A stretch of DNA of 64,000 nucleotides from NCBI GenBank assembly GCA_951406725.2, contig OX597823.1:41354001-41418000 (forward strand), given 5' to 3'. Under the pieces are notes generated by a model. That model did not search any database and was not told the origin of the DNA. It worked only from the letters and a program-made list of their open reading frames with translations. A program made the translations under genes and the position numbers. Origin of the DNA: Octopus vulgaris. Taxonomy: Eukaryota. The stretch's first letter is position 1; every line of letters starts with the position of its first letter. Positions 54,621 through 64,000 of this stretch are shown here, piece by piece.

Positions 54621-55392
54621 TAAACACATACGCATATGTTTGTGTGCGTGTGTTTCATTGTCTAACACCATGTGATAGTTGTAAACAACAGTTGCTGTTG
54701 AACAGCTGATTATTCATTAAAGTATGTTTACTGCATGACTCAAAATTTCCTGTACTCTCAGTTTTATGTCTTTAAATAATCACATTTGTATTTCAAAATA
54801 TTTTATGTAAGCTGTCAAGGAAATATTTTAAACAGTCCAGTAGGCAATGTTTCAAGGTTATATTTTTCATCACTTTCTTGGTTCTCATGAAAAGATATCC
54901 ACCATATTTGATGACATAGGCTCAGGGGTATTAAATGTGTCCCAATATCAGCAGTGCATATTCAGAAAAAGAAATTTTAATATCATTAAAGTTTATAAGT
55001 TGCTCAGATTCACATATAGAATCCATGTTGATATTTTTGAGTCGTTTTGTGAGAAAAAAATTGCTTCAAATATGGTAAATACCTCCCTGCTTTTTTATCT
55101 ATTGTTACATATGGATTCCAACTTCATACAAGAGAAGTCCCTCTGAAGTTAAACTTCACTTATGAAATTCCACTGCTGTTTAGACAGTTTTTTGATGACT
55201 TCCAATGCTTAACACTGAATCAAATCAAAGCTCTTGGAGACTGGTACACATATATTAACTAGCTATATGCATTGCTCACAAATAAAACTACATCATTATT
55301 AAACTACATGTACTCAGGCACACACACACACACGTGTGTGTGTGTGCCTGAGTACCTGTAGTTTAAGAATGATGATGATGATATATATATCG

Positions 55393-55620
55393 CAGCGAGC
55401 TGGCAGAATCATTAGCACACTGGGCGAAATGCTTAGCGGTATTTTGTCTGCCGCTATGTTCTGAGTTCAAATTCCGCCGAGGTTGACTTTGCCTTTCATC
55501 CTTTCAGGGTCGATTAAATAAGTACCTGTTATGTGCTAGGGTCGATATAATCGACTTAATTCGTTTGTCTGTCCTTGTTTGTCCCCTCTGTGTGTAGCCC
55601 CTTGTGGGTAGTAAGGAAAT
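55393..55620 (+). mobile_element. SINE family B, low divergence
   Basis: GCGAGCTGGCAGAATCATTAGCACACTGGGCGAAATGCTTAGCGG...GAGTTCAAATTCCGCCGAGG. Confidence 0.8.
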
Positions 55621-57726
55621 AGATATATATATCGCTCGTCTATGGCATCCAGGAGTTTTAACACTGGGTGCATTAGTAAGAATATATTCTTTTTCTTTTA
55701 CACCTATAAGCACAGCCTGCCTGTGAGCTAGCAAAGCACATATCTTGTCTGTGTATGTTCAATATTGTTTATATCCCTTGAGCTGCTTTTAATTCAGATT
55801 TGAACATACACACACATATATGTCCAGAGGGCTTTATTCAGTTTCTACCTACCAAATCCATACAAAGCTTTGGTCAAAGACATTTTGCCCAAAATGCCAG
55901 GCGGTGGGTCAGAGGCTGAAAGCGCATGATTGACAAAAGAATGCAATAACCACACAGCCAAGCCTGCTCTAAACTTACACACACACACACACACACACAT
56001 GCGTGTGTGTAGGTGTTTATGTATATGCATACTTAAATATGTGTATGCTTGCCTTACACAAAAACACCAAATTAGCATGTCAAATTAGTTCCCCGAAGAT
56101 GCAGTACTAATTGAATATATTAATATAATAAAAATGCACTAATTGTTTCTATGACATCAAAATTATGTTGTCTAAATTTCTTCTTGAAATACATTTTCAT
56201 TTCATTTTTCTATCCTTTTTGAAATTAACAGAATACAAGAAAAGATAGTAGAAATGGATTTACTATTCATCAGTTAATTAGAAACGGAACATTGTTTTAG
56301 TGTAATAGTAAAAGTAATGAAGAGGAAGAAAGAAATATAGTTTTACCAATTTATTTCTTTGGAAAATACTTATTCAATCACATTTAAAATGCACTTCGTT
56401 TATCTACTTATTTTTGTCGCTTTGTCCTTTTGCTTGTATGCATCTATGGAAGATGATAAAGTTCTTTAACGAAGTTTCATTAAATTTACTTTCATGGTTC
56501 TTTCAATGTTGGGATCAATATTCAAATTTATGAATACATAGTTGGTGCAGGTGGGGGCTGAGTGGTTAAGAAGATTGCTTCTAAGCTACATGGTTCCAAG
56601 CTCAGTTCTACTACATGGCAGCTTGGGCAAGTGTCTTGTACTAAAGCCATTGGCTGCTGAAAGCCTTCTGATTTAGTAGGTGGAAACTGAAAGAAATATA
56701 TCATATATTAAGTATGTATTTATGTAAATAAATGAGCTCATTTCTAGTTTCAAGGCTCTTTAATTGGAATTTCAATGATATTTTGCATATATGTGTATAT
56801 ATCTGCAGTATTTGGAGTCAATCATGTACAGATTTTTATGTTTTGTTTTATTTGTATGTATTCTCATGCATATAGTTGCATATCTAGACATGCTCATATA
56901 TACTTAGATGATAAACTTCTGGAAAGTTTTACAGATTGTTACAGTTCCAGTGATTGCTTCGATCTGTATCTGTAGTCTTCAAATCAACTTTCTCCTTTAT
57001 AGTTTTGAGAAGCCTATTTTCTCAAGATTGGTATGCGGGCTGTGTGCTACATAACCTAGTACCCCAATAATTACAAGTATAAACCTGGACTTGTAATCTA
57101 GGTAGAGTATCTGCAGAGTTCTCAGTAGCCCAGTGTATTTATTTTTTTAATGCTGATCTGTTAACATCTGCTGGGCAACTAATTTCCACTATTATATGTG
57201 TGTGCATGTGTGTGGGTGTGTGCATATATGTCTGCATCTTGACATCAAGTGATAGTTGTAAATGAGTGTCACTGTTATACTAGCAGTGTCATTTATTTCC
57301 AATATTCTGTGGAAACATGTCTGGCCATTGGGAAATATTATCTTTCTTGGAAACAGGTGAGGGCTGGAGTCAGGAATAACATCTGACTATAGAAAATTTA
57401 CTTCAATAAAATTATTCTGACTGATACAAGTATGGAATAATGGACATTAAAACGATTATGATACTTATTATGTACCTTTGTATTAAATTCTTTTATAGTA
57501 ACTTCCTTCATCTGTTCTTCATTTCCATCAACTTCTTAATTGTTCCATTCATATCACCCATTACTGATTCAAATTAAGAAAGTTGTAATCAATTATTTCT
57601 TCCAAATGAGACTAAAGTTTATCATATATATCTCTACTGTTATTGAAGCCAAGATTAATTTTCCAATTTTTTTAATACTTCTTTTCTTTTTAATAGATTT
57701 CAGTCATTGGGCTGTGATCATGTGAA

Positions 57727-57946
57727 CCCTTTAGCATTTAAACTGGTTATATCCAGTCTAAATATTTGACCTGTTTTATGTTCAAAACAGCCAGATGTGA
57801 TTCCCCACACCTGCCCTACAATATCAGTCTAAAAATAAATAATCACATCATCGAAATCTTGGAAGTATGCAACAATGCACAATTAATTCAAAACAATACA
57901 AATAAAAAGGCATTACATTCGATATAAAAATCTGAATACTAAAGGG
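57727..57946. mobile_element. piggyBac-like MITE
   Basis: CCCTTTAGCATT...AATACTAAAGGG terminal inverted repeats. Confidence 0.6.
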
Positions 57947-58134
57947 ACAAGGGCTTGTCGTTCACATCTAACCCAATATTTTCTTTTTAGCTGTTACTTA
58001 TTTCACCAGTTTCTATTTGTCAGATTGTTCAGTTAAAGGGCATGAGCAAATCTGAACATAGGCATAAGACACATACATGTGTATGTATATCTATCGATCC
58101 ATCCATCTGTCTATCTGTCTGTCTATAAAGGAGT

Positions 58135-58452
58135 AAAGAGTAGAGCCCACCATCAGTCATGAATGACCATGGGATTGCACCTAGAAAGTTACCCTCCAAG
58201 GGACAAGTCCAAACAAAGTTGTTTATGAAAGTCCAGCAGTTTCCTATGCATACCAGCCTCCCTTCTTTACACCACTGTTACAGCTTGGCACCAGTGACGT
58301 CACAGCTCATTTCTATAGCTGAGTGAACTAGAGCTATGCGAAACAAAGTTTCTTGCTCAAGAGCACAACACACAGCCTGATCTAGGAATTGAATTCACGA
58401 CCTCGTGATTGTGAGCCTGTTGCTCCAACCATTGAGTCATGTTCCTCCACAT
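58135..58452 (-). mobile_element. tRNA-derived SINE family C
   Basis: Minus-strand head TGACTCAATGGTTGGAGC...GAATTCAATTCC, followed by a TTGTGCTCTTGAGCAAG core. Confidence 0.7.
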
Positions 58453-59560
58453 CAGTATATATATATATATATATAGATAGATAGATAGACACACACACAC
58501 ACACATTTTGTAATTGTTTTGCAAGATTATTGACGTGAACATGTGTGTTGAAATAGATATCGTTATTCTTATAGTGTGTGTTTAATTGGCAAAAAGAAGA
58601 ATTGCCATGCCCAGATATAACACACACATGCATATACATAATACACAAGCACACACACACACACACACACACATATCTTTATATATCTATCTAAATATTT
58701 CTGTATCTATATCTGTCTGTCTGTCTATACACACACACACATACACACAGATATATATATATATACACACACACATACACATAACACAATTGTAATATAG
58801 TGATGTTGTTGGAAACAAATGCTTCTGCCAACATATCTAAAAGATGTATATTGGTATGAATCAGTATCATAAAAGTATAGGTGTATGAGTAGAGGCATGG
58901 TGTTGGTAGTAGATGCTGTAGGAGTGGGTGAGTTGGTGATAGAAGTATCATTTTATGGGATTATTATTACTATAGTGATGAAAATAATTTCCCTGTAGCA
59001 TGACACTTGATAACAAAAATAAAATAATTAAAAAGCGATCAAGCAGTATGGTGTTGATGTTACCATTGATGAATTTTAATGCCTAATACATTAATATATA
59101 TATATGCACATATGCATGAGTGTGCTTGTGTGTGTATATATATATATATATATCATTTTGCTTTATATAAATAACTAGTAGTAGGAACTCAATATACTTA
59201 GATATTAAAGTGAAGCAGTAGTGAACTATTGTGTGTGGTATTAATTAATGTTTGACAAGACAACAGGAGTCCTGTAATCATCTTAATTAGCTCTGAGGAA
59301 GCTGTGGGCTGTTGCACAGACACTCTTCTCTGAACACACTACTTGTTATTGTAGAAACAGCTGTAAGCTAATGAAAGTTATATATATAGTTTAGGTTTCA
59401 GTACGGTAGAAATTTGGCATATTTGTATAATCTTAATAAGTGATTTAATAGCACTGCTAACACAGTAGAATACAGTGTTGACTTATAAAACATTCTATGT
59501 ACTTTGCAGTATATTATGATTTCATAACTAAATACAGTGTCCCTAGAAGTCATTAACATG

Positions 59561-59617
<57 letters not shown>

Positions 59618-59644
59618 TATATATATATATATATATAAATTTAT

Positions 59645-59960
59645 ATAAATAAGGATAAGATTGTTATTTAAATACTGATCTTATCAGGTGGTCAGCATGG
59701 GAATAAAAACCTTCAAAAGTAATAATTATTATTAAAATTATAATTTAGGGTATCTAAGAGATACCACCACACTGGAAATAGTAGCCAAAACTTGATTCTA
59801 AAATTACATTAAATGTTCATACAGCACTAGGAGAGAAGACAAGGAAACAAAATAAACTAGCAAAAAAAAATTACTAGATAATTCCAGATCCTGGATTTCT
59901 GAATTTGCATAAGAAATGCTCTGCCTTCATCAGTAGAATACACTGGGATAGCTCATAAAT
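59645..59960 (-). mobile_element. PLE-like terminal fragment between (TA)n tracts
   Basis: Non-repetitive ~310-bp block bounded by (TA)n and carrying a hammerhead motif. Confidence 0.55.
59881..59939 (-). ncRNA. Type I hammerhead motif, intact core
   Basis: AUUCUA-CUGAUGA-[..GCAU-UUCUU-AUGC..]-GAAAUCC-A-GGAU-C-UGGAAU. 6-bp stem I, near-palindromic stem III, AUC cleavage triplet, weak base of stem II. Confidence 0.7.
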
Positions 59961-59974
59961 ACAGATATATATAC

Positions 59975-60063
<89 letters not shown>

Positions 60064-60204
60064 GACAGATTAGAGTGATGATGTGTGACTAGGGGTCAGG
60101 AGGTTACACTCATGATCATTAGATCATGGGTTCGATTCCAGGGCTGGCTGACACATTGTATACTTGGGCAAAACACTTCATTTCATATTGCTCCAGTCCA
60201 CTCA

Positions 60205-60590
60205 GGTATGTGGTAAGAAGCTTGCTTCCAAACGACATGGTTCCTGGTTCACTTCCACTGTGTGGCACCTTGGGCAAGTTTCTTCTGCTAAAGTCTCGAG
60301 CCAACCAAAGCCTTGTGAGTGCAATTGATTGATGGAAACTGAAAGGAGTCCATCATATATATGTGTGTGTTTGTGTGTGTATCTTTGCCCCACCACCACC
60401 ACCATCACTGCTTGACAACCAGTGTTGGTGTGTTTAGGCCCCTGTAGCTTAGCAGTTCAGCAAAAGACACCAATAAAATAAGTATTAGACTTTAAAAAAA
60501 ACTGTCCTGGGGTCGATTTGTTTGACTAAAACCTTTCAAGGCAGTGCTCCAGTGAGGCTGCAGCGAAGTGAAAGAATAACAGAATAAAAG
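60205..60590 (+). mobile_element. SINE family A
   Basis: GTGGTAAGAAGCTTGCTTCC...CACCTTGGGCAAG...AAGGCAGTGCTCCAG. Confidence 0.8.
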
Positions 60591-60610
60591 AATATATATA
60601 TATCAGTATA

Positions 60611-60889
60611 TGTGGTGGCGCAATGGCCTAGTGGTTAGGGCAGCGGACTCGCGGTCGTAGGATCGCGGTTTCGATTCCCAGACCGGGCGTTGTGAGTGTT
60701 TATTGAGCGAAAACACCTTAAAGCTCCACGAGGCTCCAGCAGGGGGTGGTGATCCCTGCTGTACTCTTTCACCACTCTTTCTCCCACTCTTTCTTCTGTT
60801 GGCCTGCTCGCTTAGCCAGCGGGGTGGTGTCATTCGAAGGCTAAAACAATGCGAACGCATTGTGACCAGCGATGTGTAACTACATCTGA
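60611..60889 (+). mobile_element. CpG-rich tRNA-derived SINE family D
   Basis: A box TGGCCTAGTGG (60624-60634) and B box GGTTTCGATTCCC (60667-60679), followed by a ~200-bp non-tRNA body. Confidence 0.75.
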
Positions 60890-62090
60890 CACAAAGCTAC
60901 CTCCCTCAAAATTACTCTCCCTCTTTGTCTTGCAAGTTCTTTGCCAACCTTGCCAGTGCTGGTGCAACCAGTGCTCTCTGAGAAGCAATTGGCATTAAGA
61001 AGGACATCCAGGTGTAGAGACTGTTCTGAAGCAGGCAGTAGAGCTTGTCACAGTCTTCCAACTCCTTTCAGTCTGTCCAACCTGAGCCAGCATAGAAAAC
61101 TGACATGAGATGACAATAATGATATACACACACATACATACACGTTATGTGATATATGTTATTGTAGAGATGTAAGTTTAACTGAAAGTTAGGTTAAAGT
61201 TTTAAAATACGAGTCGTAAACAAAGTTTTAACAGATTAAATCAAAAGTGTAACTCAAACAAGGTTTATCGATTATAAGGTAAGGAAAGAAAACAAGAAAC
61301 ATTAGTCTAACAACTGGTGCATAATGACTAACATTTGATGAATAAAACATGATTAATTGAGGAAATTGAGGAAATTAACTTTACTTTGTTAATGTGATAG
61401 GAAAACCGGTGCATTCTAAACAAAAAGGGGTTATAGCAAGGTTGTATGGCTATATAGATAAGAGATAATAGATATTGAACTGGTAGATGTAAATGAAAGA
61501 AAGTGGTTTGTGGTGGTGTGTGGTGGGGTATGATAGGAGGACAGCTAGAATAATTGGGTTCTCACAATGCTGGTAAGAGAATTTCATGAAACAAATGCAG
61601 ACATGAATATATCTGGAGGGATTTTTTCTAATTCTTGGATTTCAATGGAGAACATGTGGAAAATGTGTGTTTGTGCATGCATGTATATATATATATATGT
61701 ATACATATATACACACAATACATTCATGTGTATAAAGCATAGGTAATCATTTACAAAGAAAGAACACCAGTATGAAAGAATTAATATAAAAGGTACGGAT
61801 GAGCAGATTGGTTCAACATACATATAAATATATATATGTATGTAAGTATGTATGTATGTGCATGTGTGAACTTATATATATATATATATATACATACACA
61901 CACACATATATATATATATATGAATGTATATATGTATTCATATGTATACACACACACATATATGTGCATGTCTGTATCTCTGTCTGCATATTTGTGTGCA
62001 TGTGTATATGTCCATGTATATAAATGCACATGTGGGAATCTGCATTTATGTATGTGTTATATTGTTTTGCTTGTTTGTGCTTATATATGC

Positions 62091-62140
<50 letters not shown>

Positions 62141-62141
62141 G

Positions 62142-62226
<85 letters not shown>

Positions 62227-62273
62227 GTATATATATATATATGTATATATATGTATATATATATGTGTATATA

Positions 62274-62310
<37 letters not shown>

Positions 62311-62666
62311 TTATATGTGTATATATATATATAAAGAGGGAGAAAGAGAGAGAGAGAGGAAGAGAGTGGCACAATGCAAAGATGTATGACTTAATGCTAG
62401 TCTGATGTAGTGACACTTTGATGTAATCAACCACGCATACTGTGTAACTTCACATGCCCATATTTATGTGTAATGTGGTTAGAAATGGAATGGTACAGAA
62501 ACAATTTTAACTAATAATATAGTTCCTCTGAATTAATTCTTCATCTTCTCACGTGTATCTTATATGTGCGTGTGTGTATGTATGTATGTATGCATGTATA
62601 TATTTACATATAAATGTATATGTATGTATATATTTATATGTATGCATATATGTATGTGTGTGTGTG

Positions 62667-62705
<39 letters not shown>

Positions 62706-62980
62706 AAGATTAATACAAACAGCTGCTTGCAACGTTATATCATAAAGGAAAATCATAGTAGTCGAGTAAACTTAACTGAGGGTGTGAATAACACCTACAT
62801 TGTTAGAAATAGGAGCTAGAATGCTCCAGTGCTGTTACAAAGCACATAACATATACTCTGACAGGGGTTGCAATCACCTCGATCACCGAACTGAGGATTG
62901 CTTAGACTGACCGGTCCATTTTGCCAATGTCCATTGGGCAATTGCAGCCACTATCAGAGTATATATATATATATATATAT

Positions 62981-63182
62981 ATCTGTAAATGTAATATGTG
63001 ACAATTATTCGGTAGCCATGTTAAAACTCCGAGTTTCGGATGCTGGGGTGAGAATCCACACTGCCATCTCTTCAGTTATCCGGCCATCAAATAATTGTCA
63101 CATATTACATTTACAGATAAATTCCTCTATTTACATAATATCGAGGTCTCTTTCATTCTTTTGTTCTCTTACCATTTTTATC
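62981..63182. mobile_element. Fold-back PLE-like insertion in (TA)n: 29-bp arms plus one-sided tail
   Basis: ATCTGTAAATGTAATATGTGACAATTATT (62981-63009) is the exact reverse complement of 63090-63118. A hammerhead lies in the spacer. Confidence 0.75.
63020..63080 (-). ncRNA. Type I hammerhead motif
   Basis: GAUAA-CUGAAGA-GAUG...CAUC-C-GAAACUC-G-GAGU-U-UUAAC. Confidence 0.62.
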
Positions 63183-63216
<34 letters not shown>

Positions 63217-63251
63217 TCACATGTATGTTTATATATATATATAATCATATA

Positions 63252-63307
<56 letters not shown>

Positions 63308-63336
63308 CACATATATGTGCATATATTGATTGTTCA

Positions 63337-63480
63337 ATGCGAAAATTAAGGATAGATGAGTGGTTAGTGAGAGCTGTGCAAGCCTTTGGAGATATACTGT
63401 GCTTGAGAAGACCCAGCAAGCTGAATGAGACCATAACTGTGGCCTATGCCAGCACAGCATATCCGGCCTGTTTAAGAGTA
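63337..63480 (+). mobile_element. Internally deleted RTE relic
   Basis: [16 protein letters not shown] (RT-region motif) is fused directly to TGTGCTTGAGAAGAC from the ORF end (compare 29215). Confidence 0.6.
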
Positions 63481-64000
63481 CCCTTCAATCATTGGGCAAT
63501 GAACTGCAAGAAGACTTAGCAATAAAGTATTCTGCAGAAGTTATATTTTTTTATATTATTAGTAGATACAGAAAGGATTGTTGATTGACAGAACTGTGAG
63601 AGCAGTGGAAAAGATACTGTTTTGGCTCTTTGTTTTTTTTAGTTTGGATTCTGATGAGGTCCTCTTTCCTCTACTATATTGATAAAATAAACTACCAAAT
63701 ACTAAGATCAATGTTTTTAACACATTCTCACCTTTCAAAATACAAGTCTTGTATTTGTATCATAAACAATTATTAGTTGCCATAGTGATACATTATTAAA
63801 TCATCCATAAATCTACTGATCAAACTCTTGACCCAGTTTTGATTTTCATTCAAAAGCTTATTTATACCATTTTAGTATTGAAATGGCACAGAATATTACA
63901 AATCCAAGACAATGTAAACAAGAAGAAATATTTAAATAAGAAATATACGAAAGCTGCACAAATAATCTCTTCAAGAAATTCCACAACTAAAAATGCTAAG

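Noticed and set aside
54720-55220. ORF 54847-55146, possible DNA-transposon relic
   Set aside because: No diagnostic motif or TIR found.
60611-60690. Possible tRNA gene
   Set aside because: A and B boxes are present, but there is no clean acceptor stem or poly-T terminator and it continues into a SINE body.

Overview
AT-rich eukaryotic non-coding DNA (intergenic or a large intron), saturated with (TA)n/(CA)n/(TAA)n/(CAT)n microsatellites. The mix of RTE and R4/Dong LINEs, tRNA-derived SINEs and mariner relics resembles a coleoid cephalopod (octopus) genome; this is inferred from repeat style, not from a search. I found no host protein-coding exon, rRNA or tRNA gene, and almost all ORFs in the track are microsatellite read-through. 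The real coding remnants are transposon fragments: RTE (761-2105 +, 41095-42281 -), R4/Dong (about 25870-26435 +, 26915-27800 -) and Tc1/mariner (12416-13059 -, 18135-18688, 33515-33690). The most interesting signal is about a dozen minimal hammerhead-ribozyme-like motifs, apparently from several different sequence families. Most lie in non-coding fold-back insertions with one layout (inverted arm, spacer, arm, one-sided tail), usually inside (TA)n tracts. This is the layout of Penelope-like element (PLE) or retrozyme insertions. The largest is a near-perfect 2.7-kb palindrome (36796-39468) whose hammerhead core carries a U3-A8 covariation. All coordinates were read by eye and repeat boundaries are approximate.
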